This document shows positions 1 through 10,620 of a DNA stretch of 64,000 bases, one piece after another (the first letter of the stretch is position 1; every line of letters starts with the position of its first letter). The position numbers were made by a program, and so were the translations under genes. The notes beneath the pieces were generated by a model, which searched no databases, had not been told where the DNA came from, and worked only from the letters and a program-made list of their open reading frames with translations. The stretch covers positions 1,600,001 through 1,664,000 of the forward strand of contig OY729428.2 of the NCBI GenBank assembly GCA_963422375.2, written 5' to 3'. Origin of the DNA: Bryobacterales bacterium (lineage in GTDB: Bacteria > Acidobacteriota > Terriglobia > Bryobacterales > UBA6623).

Positions 1-1338
1 GGGAAAGAACATCGCGCGCGGCACGAAGCGGCGGGTCTGGTAGCTGCGCTGGGTCCGGCTGATCAGGTCCAGGGAGGAGTCGAACGCGAACCACAGCGGG
101 AAGCGACCGGATCCGACCGGCCTTTCGTGGCTGTTGAACTCGATTCCCGGCAGCTTGCGAATGACGACGTTGTCGTCGCGGGCGATGCTCTGGAAATGCT
201 CGTTCCTGAGCAGCGATGTGTTGAAGGAAAACGTCGAGAAGTTCCTAGACACGAATCCGATCGAGCGGATTTGCGAGAACACCGCTTCCTCGTAGGTCTG
301 GGTGAAGGCTTGCCGGAACTCCAGCGAGCTGAGGTAGTGAAGGTCCGCGACGCCGCGCCAGTTCTTGCCGAAGACCGTCTGGCCCTTCATGCTGAACGAA
401 TTGCCGCCCTGCTTCAGGCGGCTGCCGTCGTCGAGTTCCCGGCCGCGGTCCCGCACGTCGAAGAACACGGCGTCGAAGCTGGAGTACCGGGTGGGCCGCC
501 CGCGCAGGCTGGCGTTGGTCGCCACGCCCCGCGAGGTGTAGACCGTGGCGCCGATGGTCGCGTCGAAGCTGCGGTTGATGGCCCAGTAGTACGACTGGCC
601 GAGAATCCGACCGAAGCGCGAGCTGTTGCCCACGGTGGGCGTCAGGAACCCGCTCTGTCGAGGCATCCGCCGGAGCGACTTCCGAAAGTAAGGCACGTAG
701 AGCAGCGGGAAGCCGCGCAGTCGTAGCACGCCCTTGCGCACGACGGCCGACCGGCCGGGCACGATCTCCGCCCGGGCCGACCGCAATGTCCACCATGGGG
801 CCGCCGGATCGCAATTCGTAACGCGACCATCGTGGATCGTGTAGTGCTCGCCCGCTTTGTGGACGAGGCGCGCCTCGAATTGAAAGGGATTGTCCGTCGT
901 GAGGAGCCGGGGGCCGCCCTGACTGGCCGAGGAGGCGCGCCCGCGGGCCTCGTAGAACGTGCCGAGTTCCGAGCGGATGTTGTACGCCATGCGCTCGGCC
1001 CGCAGGTCCTGCTCGCCGTCCAGGGTGCGGAAGTGGACGTTGCCGGTGGCCTCGATCTCGCCGCTGCGCTCGTCGAAACGCAGCTCGTTCGAGGTGAGAA
1101 CGATGTGCTTGTAGCGCAGTTCGACGTCGCCCGAGGCGCTGCGTCGCGGGCCGTCGCGCTGCTGCGAGTCGGCGCGGATCTCGATGGCCGGTCCGCCTGC
1201 AGCGAGCGGCGCCGCCGAGTGCGTCGGCTCGGGGTCACCGACCGCTTGGCCCGCTGCCACGGGGACCCAGCAAATCGCCGCGACAGCGGCGAGCGGCGCG
1301 GGCCGGGCGGTCCGGAGAATCAACACGCAAGGTCGCAT
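1..1338 (-). CDS. lptD: LPS-assembly protein LptD (5' part; continues beyond window start)
   Basis: Not in the ORF track because it runs off the window. Manual translation from ATG at 1338 gives a signal-like N-terminus, an OstA-like region (IRADSQQ...ASGDVELRY...IEATGNVHF) and the LptD motif RSGFLTPTVGNSSRFG..SYYWAINRSFDAT. The frame reaches position 1. Confidence 0.88.
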   Translation of the reverse strand, partial: MRPCVLILRTARPAPLAAVAAICWVPVAAGQAVGDPEPTHSAAPLAAGGPAIEIRADSQQRDGPRRSASGDVELRYKHIVLTSNELRFDERSGEIEATGNVHFRTLDGEQDLRAERMAYNIRSELGTFYEARGRASSASQGGPRLLTTDNPFQFEARLVHKAGEHYTIHDGRVTNCDPAAPWWTLRSARAEIVPGRSAVVRKGVLRLRGFPLLYVPYFRKSLRRMPRQSGFLTPTVGNSSRFGRILGQSYYWAINRSFDATIGATVYTSRGVATNASLRGRPTRYSSFDAVFFDVRDRGRELDDGSRLKQGGNSFSMKGQTVFGKNWRGVADLHYLSSLEFRQAFTQTYEEAVFSQIRSIGFVSRNFSTFSFNTSLLRNEHFQSIARDDNVVIRKLPGIEFNSHERPVGSGRFPLWFAFDSSLDLISRTQRSYQTRRFVPRAMFFP

Positions 1339-1630
1339 GTCGCGAAACCGGGCCGCAACGAGGGACGCGAAGCTGCCAGCGGCGACCAAGGCCGTTGCGC
1401 CGGCGTCAAGTGTGCCGCCTCGAATGCGGGTAGGGACGGACCCGACCGAGTCCGACTGCCGCCGGCGGGCCCGGGACGGCGGGCCCCGGCGTAATCGGCA
1501 GAACGGCCCCGTAAGTTCGCTCCGTCTGCGGACCGGTTGCGAGCGAATGATGATCCATGGTCAGCGCTCTGTCGACCGTGCCGCGGTTTCGGCCGGAGTT
1601 TGGCCCGGGCGGTGCCGGAGCGCCTCGAAT

Positions 1631-3415
1631 CTAGAACTCGAAGCCTCCCGACTCGAGCATCCGGCGCGCGATCCGCCCGCGGGCCTTGGGCAGGTCGGCG
1701 GTACGCGCCCGGACCAAGTTGTCGAGGGCCTGAAACGTGGTCCCGATCTCGGACTCCGAGCAGCAGGCGCCTAGGACTAGCCCGCCGTGCGCCCGGACGG
1801 CACTGGTCGTGTCGATCAGAAGAACCGTCAGCAGGTCATCGACCGAGTCGCCGGCGGCGGTTTCGATCAGCCTCTTCCCGCGCAGGAGCGCCGACTCGGC
1901 TGCATAGACGTGCATGAGCATGTCCGCCACTGCGGCGGCGACTTCCTGGTGCTGATCGAGGTCGGCCCCCACCCGCCGGTTCGCCATGCGGATCACGGCT
2001 AGGGCCGCCCGCTTGGCGCGATTGACCAAGTCGGTTTGGTAGGCCAGCGGTATGCGTGCATGGAGAGCCGCCACGTACGCCGGGCGCGGCCTCGACGGCA
2101 CGCCGGAGCCGGCTAGGTCGAGCCTCCCTTGGTCGGCTCGCTTGCAGAGCATGCTCGCTGTCAGCTGCCGGTTGATCTCGTTGGTCCCCTCGAAGATCCG
2201 GTTGATGCGAGAATCGCGGTAGCCGCGCTCGACCGCGTAGTCTTCGTGATAGCCGTAGCCGCCGTGGATCTGCACCGCCTCGTCGGCGATGAAGTCCAGC
2301 GCCTCGGAGAGATAGACCTTCGCGATGGAGCATTCGATAGCGTATTCCTCCACGGCTCGGAGCGCGGTAGTCGAGGCGTCCGGTGACTTCCACGACATAC
2401 CGTCCAGCCGGGCGTCGATCATGCCGGCGGTACGGTAGGTGAGCGCCTCTCCCGCGAACGTCCGGACCGCCATGTCGGCCAGTTTCTTCCGAACCGCGCC
2501 GAATTCCGCGATCAGCTTGCCGAAGGCCTTGCGCTGCTGGGCGTAGCGAACGGACTCGGCGATCAGGTCCTTCGCGCCCCCGACGCAGGACGCCGCCAGT
2601 TCAAGCCGCCCGACGTTCAGGATGTTGAAGGCGATCACGTGGCCGCGGCCGATCTCGCCGAGGACGTTGGCTACCGGGACCATCACGTTGTCGAGGTAGA
2701 GCGCCGTGGTCGAGCTGCCGCGGAGCCCCATCTTGTGCTCCTCCGGCCCGGGCTGCACGCCGCCCCAGCAGCGCTCGACTAGGAACGCGGTGAAGCGCTT
2801 CCCGTCGACCTTCGCGAAGACCGTGAAAAGGTCCGCCCAGCCGCCGTTGGAGATCCACATCTTCTGGCCGTTGAGGACGTAGTGCTTCCCGTCCGGCGTC
2901 AGCTCGGCGCGGGTTCGCGCGGCCAGCGCGTCGCTGCCCGCGTGGGGCTCCGTCAGGCAGTAGGCGGCCAGCATCTCGCCCGACAGCAGCCGCGGGAGGT
3001 ACCGCCGCTTCTGCTCCTCGCTGCCGAAGAAGACCAGCGGCAGGGTGCCGATGCCAGCGTGCGCGGCGTAGGTCGTCGAGAAAGAGGCGTAGGGGCCTAG
3101 GCGCTCGCTCACCAGCATCTGCGTCGCCACGCCCATCTCGAGGCCGTCGTGATGCTCCGGCACCATCACGCCCAACAGGCCCAGTTGCGCGGCCTGCTTC
3201 ATCAGCTGCCTAGCGAGGCCGGGCGTCTGCCGCTCGAGTTCCGGAATCCTCGGTGTCACCTCCTCGGCCATGAACCGGTCTGTGGTGGCTCGGACATGCA
3301 CTTGGGTCTCGCTGTAGTCTTCCGGCGTTAAGACCTCCGAATCTTCGACGTCCTTCAAGAGGAAGCTGGCCCCTTGGGGGGCGGAGAACTTGGAAGTAGC
3401 GGCAAACCGGGCCAT
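1631..3415 (-). CDS. Acyl-CoA dehydrogenase (long form with C-terminal extension)
   Basis: Motifs AYCLTEPHAGSDA, LNGQKMWISNG, EEHKMGLRGSST, AVQIHGGYGY, RDSRINRIFEGTNEI. Confidence 0.95.
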   Translation of the reverse strand: MARFAATSKFSAPQGASFLLKDVEDSEVLTPEDYSETQVHVRATTDRFMAEEVTPRIPELERQTPGLARQLMKQAAQLGLLGVMVPEHHDGLEMGVATQMLVSERLGPYASFSTTYAAHAGIGTLPLVFFGSEEQKRRYLPRLLSGEMLAAYCLTEPHAGSDALAARTRAELTPDGKHYVLNGQKMWISNGGWADLFTVFAKVDGKRFTAFLVERCWGGVQPGPEEHKMGLRGSSTTALYLDNVMVPVANVLGEIGRGHVIAFNILNVGRLELAASCVGGAKDLIAESVRYAQQRKAFGKLIAEFGAVRKKLADMAVRTFAGEALTYRTAGMIDARLDGMSWKSPDASTTALRAVEEYAIECSIAKVYLSEALDFIADEAVQIHGGYGYHEDYAVERGYRDSRINRIFEGTNEINRQLTASMLCKRADQGRLDLAGSGVPSRPRPAYVAALHARIPLAYQTDLVNRAKRAALAVIRMANRRVGADLDQHQEVAAAVADMLMHVYAAESALLRGKRLIETAAGDSVDDLLTVLLIDTTSAVRAHGGLVLGACCSESEIGTTFQALDNLVRARTADLPKARGRIARRMLESGGFEF

Positions 3416-4240
3416 GGGCAGAGCGACGTTCTTCGCTCGGAGCCTAGCGCTAGCCTCCGAGCTTGCGACCGTGGAAACCGCTCCCCATTTTATGGCCTGT
3501 GCTTGCTGCGCGGCAGCACCTGCGATTCGCGACTCCGGAGGCGCTGCCGTCGGCGCGGCCCGGGGCTTCGAGAGGCTTGCGGCCGCGCTCCGGCCGCTGC
3601 CGTCGGCGGGCCCCTCAGACGGCTAGTCGACGAGGTCTGGGCGAGAGCCCGAGGCACCGTGTTCTGGGAGCGCACTCGAGCCGCAGTTGCTCTGGCAGCG
3701 CCCATGGGCTCCGCGCAGCGCTGTCTAGACTGCCGGGCGACCACGCCAGAGCACTCGAGCCTCCGGACTCGTTCGATGCTTCGGCATCGATCTTCGGGAC
3801 CTTGACCGTGCGCTCCGCCCCGCCGGAAGTCGGCGCATGGGAATCTAGGTCACGAACCGCGATGGCGGAGACGGTCGCAGGATCCGCCGTGCTGCCTTCG
3901 ATTCGAGGCACCCTCGCCCGGCGCAGTCCTGTCGCTAGACGTCCCTACGTCCGAGCCCCTCGCTCCGGAGCGCTCCAAGTCCGGTGGTGCCCGCGGCCGG
4001 GTCAGGCCGAGGAATGATCATGCGAACGCATTGGAGCCGCGGCAGGCAGGCGCATGGACGCTCGAGACTTGGAGCGCAATCATCCCGGGGACTGTGGCCA
4101 GCACGTGGGCGGCCTACGATACCGCCACGCCGATGCCGTTCCTCTCAGCGCCTTCGCGTCGACGCCGCCACGGAGATCGCACTCTTGAGCTGCTTGGCCC
4201 TTCCTTGGCTACTCTTCCTGCTTCGCCCGCCCGCCGGCTG

Positions 4241-5311
4241 TCAGCTTCGGAGCTTCAGGGCGCAAGCCTCCAAGGCGATCTGCTTCTGGATGTTCATCGG
4301 CTGGTAACGCTGCAGATCCGCTAAGAACCCGAGCGCCCTCTCGGTCCAAGCGAAGCTGGATCCCGAAGCGAGATCCGCCAGCTCCGATGCCAGATCGGGA
4401 TGGGTCAGGTCCTCCCGCACGTTGAGATGGTGGCGGAGCAGGTCGCGCAGGAGGGAATGCATCATGGCCGTCAGTTCGTGGATTCCCGCGGAGGGTTGGC
4501 GGGCGACGGCTTCCATCTCTCCGGCCAGGCGGGCGAACTCTCCCTTCGAGAGCGCTGCCTTGAGCAGCGCGAGCACAGCCGTCCGGTTCTTGAGGAAGCG
4601 CTCGATGTCGAGCGCCAGAGCCGTTCCGGGGCTGCCCCTGGACCAGGCTCCGACACGCTCTCGAACATCCTCCGGCACGTCGCGGGATTGCAGGAACGAG
4701 TGCATCTCCGCGCTTGAGAGCGTCGCGAAATAGAACGGGATCGAGCGCGAGCGAATCGTCGCGGGCAGCAGGTACGGATTCTCGGTCGTCAGGACGATGG
4801 TGAGACCGGGGCCCGGTTCCTCCAGCGTCTTCAGCAGGGCGTTGGCAGCTTCGGTGTTCATCCTCTCGGCTTGGTCGAGCACGAAGATCTTCCTGCGGCC
4901 CTCGCACGGCGTGAGGCGAGCCGCGCTGCGCAGGAACCGAGCCTGGTCGATTCCGATGATGCGCATCGGCCCGTCCGGCGGGAATACCAGCACGTCGGGA
5001 TGGGTCGAGACGACCAGCGGCGCCTCGGCTCGCTTCGCCGCTGGGAACTTGCGACGCTCCTCGATCAACTGGCGGCTGGCAGCGTTCGACAGGTCGTTGG
5101 CTAGGATGCGCTGGCACGGCGAGCAGTCACCGCAAGGCGGGCCCGGCCGAGGGGCGCAATTGATCCCTGCAGCTAGGTGGCGTGCCAGCGTCGCCTTGCC
5201 GACGCCGTGCGGCCCGGCGAATAGCATCGTCTGGGGCAGCCGCTCCTCCGCGACCATGCGCCACAGAGAGGCGGCAATTCGTTCGTGCCCGATCAGCTGC
5301 GGGGCCGGCAT
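4241..5311 (-). CDS. holB: DNA polymerase III delta' subunit
   Basis: LFAGPHGVGKAT, Zn motif C..PCGDCSPC, HPDV, AANALLKTLEEP, TIRSR; follows tmk. Confidence 0.93.
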   Translation of the reverse strand: MPAPQLIGHERIAASLWRMVAEERLPQTMLFAGPHGVGKATLARHLAAGINCAPRPGPPCGDCSPCQRILANDLSNAASRQLIEERRKFPAAKRAEAPLVVSTHPDVLVFPPDGPMRIIGIDQARFLRSAARLTPCEGRRKIFVLDQAERMNTEAANALLKTLEEPGPGLTIVLTTENPYLLPATIRSRSIPFYFATLSSAEMHSFLQSRDVPEDVRERVGAWSRGSPGTALALDIERFLKNRTAVLALLKAALSKGEFARLAGEMEAVARQPSAGIHELTAMMHSLLRDLLRHHLNVREDLTHPDLASELADLASGSSFAWTERALGFLADLQRYQPMNIQKQIALEACALKLRS

Positions 5312-5973
5312 GAAGTCGGACGAGGGGCAAGACCGCGCCCTTTGAGGGCCTGCCGAACTAGCCTGAGCACCCTACCTGCGACGGCTAGGGGGGGGCCGCT
5401 CGCGTCGACGCGCTGGACGCGGGCGGGCTCGGTGGCATGCAGTTCGGCGTAGCCGCTGCGAACTCGCGAGAAGAAGGAGAGAGACAGCGCTTCCATGCGG
5501 TTCTCGTCGGCATCCAATCCGTCATTTCGCGATCTTGCCCGCGAGCGGGCGGTCTCGGCATCTAGGTCGAGCCAGAGCGTAAGGTCCGGGCGCAGGCCGT
5601 CGCACGCGACTTTGTCGAGGCGCAGCACCAAGTCCGCTCCCAGCCCGCGCCCGTAGCCTTGGTACGCGACCGTTGCATCGGTGAAGCGATCGCATAGGAC
5701 CACCCTCCCCGCCTCCAATGCAGGCCGGATGACTGCGTCGACATTCTGCGCACGCGATGCGAAGTACAGCAGGAGCTCCGCCCTCGGAGCGATATCGGCG
5801 TTCGCGGAGTCCAGCAGAATACCTCGAATCAGCTGCCCGACACGGGTGCCGCCGGGTTCCCTAGCCAGAATTGGCTCGATTCCAGCGTCGCGCAGGCTTG
5901 CCTCCAGCATCGCGAGCTGCGTGGTCTTGCCGCAGCCGTCAATGCCTTCGAAGCTAATGAAGACACCCCGCAC
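5293..5973 (-). CDS. tmk: Thymidylate kinase
   Basis: FISFEGIDGCGKTTQ, REPGGT, DRFTDATVAYQGYGRG. Confidence 0.97.
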   Translation of the reverse strand: MRGVFISFEGIDGCGKTTQLAMLEASLRDAGIEPILAREPGGTRVGQLIRGILLDSANADIAPRAELLLYFASRAQNVDAVIRPALEAGRVVLCDRFTDATVAYQGYGRGLGADLVLRLDKVACDGLRPDLTLWLDLDAETARSRARSRNDGLDADENRMEALSLSFFSRVRSGYAELHATEPARVQRVDASGPPLAVAGRVLRLVRQALKGRGLAPRPTSCRPRS

Positions 5974-6268
5974 TCCTACCAGCGAGTATAGCCGCTGGTT
6001 CCCGGCGCGAACTACGCCTCAAGGGTCCCGGACGGCAATCGCAGACAGTTCGCTTCGTCGCGGTCGTCGCCCGCGTGCAGTGGGAGTGCGCTCTCTGGCC
6101 GGACCCAGCCACAGAGGAGGCTTGGCGGCCACCGGACGCAGGGACAAGGACCGGATTCCATCCCCGAGCCACGGATCCCCGGCTGCTTGGGGCTGGCCGT
6201 CTGCGCATGGGGTCTTGGATACCGGGGCAGTCAGACGAGGCCACAGCGAGAGCCTCTCCCTCACAGCC

Positions 6269-7988
6269 CAGCGATTCTCAATTTGGGCATTTGGGGATTT
6301 CCAGAGTGTCTGAGAAAGGTGTCGAAGGCAGTCTGGCACTTGACTTTTCCTAGCGGAATGTGTGAGCTAGGGTGCATGCCCCATGTCCTGGACCCGCTGC
6401 TGAGCGCCTTCCGCGGGACGGCCGCCGGCCTGCCCGACCGGCGCGACGGTCGCAGCAACAAGCGCTACGAGGTCAGCGACGCCGCCGGTTGCGCCCTGGT
6501 GCGCCCCGGCCTGCTTCTTCACCCGGTGCGAGTCGTTCCTTGCGTTCCAGCGGCGCATGGAGCGGGACGGCTCCCGCTGCAACTGCCGGACCCTGTTCGG
6601 CGCGGGCCGCATCCCCTGCGACAACCGGATCCGCAACTTGCTCGACGATCTCGACCCGGCCGCGTGCGACCCGCTGTTCCGGCCGTGCCTCGCAACCGTG
6701 GCCGCGCAGGGCGCGCTCGAGCCCTTCCAGCGCCTCGACGAGCGCCTGCCGGCGGCTCCGGACGGCGTCCGGTTCCACCGCTCCGACAAGGTGCATTGCC
6801 CGCAGTGCTCGGTGCGGCGCGTCGGCAGCGAGCGCCGGCCGCATCACTTCCAGACCATGGCCGACGGCCACGCCACCGTCCTGCCGCTGATGCCCGAGTT
6901 CGTGTGCCCGCAGCAGGACGCGGCCGCGACCCGCGCCGACATGAGCGAGGACGAGCGCAAGCGGGACTGCGAGCGCAACGCCGCCAAGCGCCGGATCGCC
7001 GCTCGCGGCGCCTGGCTGCAGGCCTGCCGGGCGACGACCTGTCCTGCTGCCAGCCGCTCTGCGAGGCCGCCGCGGCGGCCGGCATGGACTACATCCGGGT
7101 ATGCAAGCCCGGATCCCACAAGCACTTGTACGAGGTGCCGGAGAGCCGGCGGGCGAGCGGCGCGGTGCGCTCGACCGGCTGGCTGCCGCGGCGCGGGAAG
7201 GGCAAGCGCTCCGAGCGGCACCGTTTCCGCCGGACGGCCGCGGTGCCCCTGCGCTAGGGCCGCGACGCCCTGCGGGGCACTTGGATCGAGTACGCCGTGG
7301 AGCGCGACGGCAAGCGCACCTGCGCCAGCAGCTTCTTCGCCAGTCTCGCGGTCACCGCGGACAACCGCGGACAACGCGGAGCGGATCGCGCGCGCCGGCC
7401 GGGCGCGCTGGAAGATCGAGAACGAGGGCTGCAACTGCCTGGCGCGGCACGGCCGCAACTGCAAGCGCAACTTCGGGCACGGCAAGGAAGGGCCGGCCAA
7501 CGTGCCGGCCGTGCCGAACCTGTTCGCCTTCGCGCTCCACGCCGTGCTGCAGTGCGTCTGCGCGCTGCGGCAGCAGTGCCGGCGCCAGCCGGTCACGCGC
7601 CGCGCCCTGTTCCGGGAGCTGCAGGTCGCGCTGCGCTGGTTCCGCTTCCCGGACCGGCCGACGCTGCTGGCGGCAGTGCGCGCCGGACGCGCGCCTCCGG
7701 GCTGCCGGGCGGCCGGGGCCTGGACTCCGCGCGGCCTGGACTCCGCGCAGTTTCGTGCCGGCAGCGTCCGGCGAGCGGCCGGCCGTCAAAGCCGGCTACC
7801 GCCGGAGTGCGTCCGGCCGCGGGCTCGGCACTCGGCGGACCCGCGACGTGGGCCGCGCCACGGCCCTGCCCGCCGTCCGACGCTCCCGCGGGGCGGCCTC
7901 GGGAGCGCGACCTCTCGGTCAACTTACTCACCTCATCCTCCGAAACAACGTTCACGCACCCCCTTGACGGACAAATTTAGAACCGCTG
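6269..7988 (+). mobile_element. Full-length but inactivated ISNCY-type insertion sequence (1720 bp)
   Basis: IRL CAGCGATTCTCAATTTG (6269-6285) and IRR CAAATTTAGAACCGCTG (7972-7988) match at 15/17 positions. A 9-bp target duplication CTCACAGCC lies at 6260-6268 and 7989-7997. Confidence 0.92.
6376..7705 (+). pseudogene. ISNCY-type DDE transposase, multiply frameshifted
   Basis: Segments LPDRR..NKRY, FFT..SFLAFQRRM, TLFG..IPCDNRIRNLLD, KRDCERNAAKR, GDDL, RARWKIENEG..NFGHG lie in shifting frames; in-frame TAG at 7255-7257. Confidence 0.9.
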
Positions 7989-8044
7989 CTCACAGCCACG
8001 AACTCCGGCACGCTTTCCGTCCCCTTCTGCGCCTTCGACAGCCT

Positions 8045-8610
8045 CCCCTTTCGCGCACCGTTGCGTGTACTCCTCGAAGATTGAGAACACCATCTCCTCA
8101 TGCGGGATCTTCTCCGCCCGCAGCACGCGACGGTCCACCTAGCCCGCGAAGAGCTTCACGCACCGGAGGTAACTCCTTGCCTCTCCAAGGCTTCCCTCGT
8201 CTTCCCCTGCCTTCGCCAGGGCCGTCGGCGAACACTCCGAGGAAGCGCCGGACGTCCGCGTGCTTGTTCGCCAGCTCTGTCACGCAGTCGCACTTCAATC
8301 CCTGCTTGAGCAGGCCCGAGAGCGGAATGTTTCAAAGCTGCAGGCCGGGACGACCGACGGCAGGCTTGATCTTGCCGGACTCGTCCGCGGAAGGATCACT
8401 TCCGTCCTTGCCGTTCTCGCTACCCTCGCCGCGACCTACGATACGGCTCTCGAGCAATCTCAAGACCTTGGCGTGCAATTCCTCCGAACAGTGGAGAAAT
8501 CGTACGCCTAGCAGGATGGCCGGGATATCGTCGCGGGAACGGACGTCGAGATCGATATCCTCGATTGCGCTCCGGCCAAGAGTGAGCTGGATGTCCTGAA
8601 CGCTCCTCAC
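8045..8610 (-). pseudogene. ISNCY (ISDol1-like) transposase remnant with internal deletion
   Basis: GTG start at 8610 with GAGGA RBS. IDLDVRSRDDIPAILLG..GRPGLQL*..ELANKH is joined to VDRRVL..KIPHEEMVFSIFEE..KG. Stops at 8332-8334 and 8139-8141. Confidence 0.8.
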
Positions 8611-8759
8611 GTGCGGTTCCTCGACGAGAACTGTCGCACTGCCGCCTCCTTGGCAACGGGCAAGCCGACCCAGACCGGTCCGATCTTCGCCCCACGGACC
8701 TGCTGCAACCGCCCGGAAACTAAAGGGCACGGCGGCGGGCGGGCCCGCCGAAGGGTTCG

Positions 8760-9432
8760 CCAAGGCCTTGACGCAAAGGGCCTTACGGCTCTCGGGCTCC
8801 CGCTTACGGCACGACCGCGGGCGCTGCGAGGCACCCTTGGACACGACCTGCCAGCGCATGATGGAGCGGTTCGAGCCGGGGGAGCGGCCGAGGGAGGTGG
8901 AGGTGCAGGAGCTGGTGGTGATGCTGGACGCGGGGCACGCTGGGTTCGATATGGAGGCCGCGCTGGTGGATATGCACGGCGCGGACTGGCTGCAGAAGAT
9001 CAAGGGCAACTGCGCGGCCGCGCCGGCACGGTTGGAGGCGCGACATTGGTCGCGGGGGCACCGCTACGTGCGGTGCCGGACATGCTCGCACGGGCGCTGG
9101 GAGGAGCGCCCGATCAGGGTCGCGGGCCTGCAGCCCGCGGAGCCGCTCTACGGCGTCACGTCGCTGACGCGAGACGAGGCCGAGGCTGCGTCGCCAGGCG
9201 CGGCCGCCGGGCAGTGGACGAAACGAAGCGCTACTCGCGCAGCGTGGCCTTCCGCGAGGACGCCAGCCGCATCCGCGCCGGCCACAGGCGCTTGGCGAAC
9301 GCGGTGCCGGACAACCTCGCGCTGGCGATCGTGCGCCGCCGGGGCGAAGAATGCGACACGGTGCCGCAGGCGCGGATCTACTTGGGCGTGCGGCGCGACG
9401 ACGCCTCGGCGGAGATCCCGCAGCCGACCTGA
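8760..9432 (+). pseudogene. ISAs1-family transposase remnant
   Basis: LDAGH, IKGN, HGRWEER, YGVTSL, then frameshift to FREDASRIRAGH..NLALAIVR. Confidence 0.8.
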
Positions 9433-9692
9433 ATCGCGGGCCGCCGGCCTGACGCCGCAGCGCGCGGGCGGCCGGCGGGATCTTGGAACGCCGGCCCGGC
9501 GGGTCCCGCAGCAAGGGGTCGGGCGCGGAATGGGCCTGACCGGGCCCGTAGGACGGGCCGCTTCCGGGGGGGGGGGGGGGCATCCTCCCGCGCAGAGTCG
9601 GCTGCTGTGCGGGTCCTAGTGCCTACTCACCCTAAGCACTACCCGCTTGGCGTAGACCCACAAACGAGGAGGAATGAACCTAGGACCGTCAG

Positions 9693-10330
9693 GGCGCCCA
9701 TTCAACTCCGAAGGGCGACACCCGCCGCGCCACAAGATGGAAGGGAGGGGAGAGGGTAGGCGGAGACCGGTGGGGTCGCGACAGTAGGTTCGGATGCGCC
9801 GGGAGGAGAGGGGAGTCCCATGCCGGAGAGCTACACGCACGTGAGGAAGGACGAGCGTTGCCGGATCGAGACACTGCGGTCCGGGGAGCGTCGGGCGGCG
9901 TCGCGCCCGCCACGCAAGCTGACGGCGCCGCTGCGGGCGCGGATCGAGGACCGCCTGCGGCAGGACAGGAGCCCGGAGCAAGTCGCGGCGCAGCTGAAGC
10001 TGGAGAAGGCGCAAGAGATCAGGCCCAAACGGATCGACCAGCTGGTGCACGACGACCGGCGGCAGGGGGTCGGCTGTACCGGCACCTCGGGCAGGACGGG
10101 CGCAAGCGGCACCGGCCGGCCCGCCGGGGCGCGATCCCGGGGCGTGCGGACATCGCGGAGCGCCCGGCGGAGGCGAAGGCGCGCGTCGGCGACCGGGAGG
10201 CCGACACGGTGATCGGCGGGCAGCACCGCGGGGCGCGGGTGACGTTGGTGGACCGGGCCTCGAACAACGTTCTAGTGCAAGGGGTTAGCCGGCGCGCGGC
10301 GCAGCTCGTCGGGGCGGCGATGACGAGCTC
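9693..10330 (+). pseudogene. IS30-family element remnant (left end plus truncated, frameshifted transposase from 9820)
   Basis: SYTH..ERCRI, SPEQVA, LYRHL, IAERP, GDREADTVIG..VTLVDR; IS30-like terminus GGCGCCCATTCAACTCCGAAGGGCGACACC at 9693-9722. Confidence 0.82.
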
Positions 10331-10567
10331 GAAGATTCTATCCAGGACCAATCAATGTAATGAGGCAATTGAGATCGTCTGAATAGTGGAGAACTCACCT
10401 CTCAAGGCTAGTTTGCCGAGCAGTTTGAACAGAGTGCGGACAGTCTTTCATTCGAATCATGCAGAGTGCGTGACTTATAGAAGGGAATTATATATCTGAG
10501 TGCCGAGGGAATCAAGTCGGCAAATTATCAAGCCATAATAAGATTTCATATTTCTTCCGAATTTCCG

Positions 10568-10597
10568 TTGACATTCTGTGGTGTTTTTTGGTAGAAT
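10568..10597 (+). promoter_or_regulatory. Sigma70-type promoter of the IS1595 transposase
   Basis: TTGACA-N18-TAGAAT with extended -10 TG, 23 nt upstream of ATG 10621. Confidence 0.7.
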
Positions 10598-10620
10598 AGT
10601 TCCAGTAGGGGATACCGTAA

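Noticed and set aside
245..1494. Track ORFs in the first 1.5 kb
   Set aside because: Alternative frames of lptD, which the track missed because it runs off the window.
8332..8334. In-frame TGA as selenocysteine or Trp recoding
   Set aside because: It lies in a deleted transposase remnant that also has a TAG; TGA terminates many intact genes here.
6557..8599. 680-aa ORF in the track
   Set aside because: Chimera of frameshifted transposase segments with read-through past the lost stop and across the IS end.
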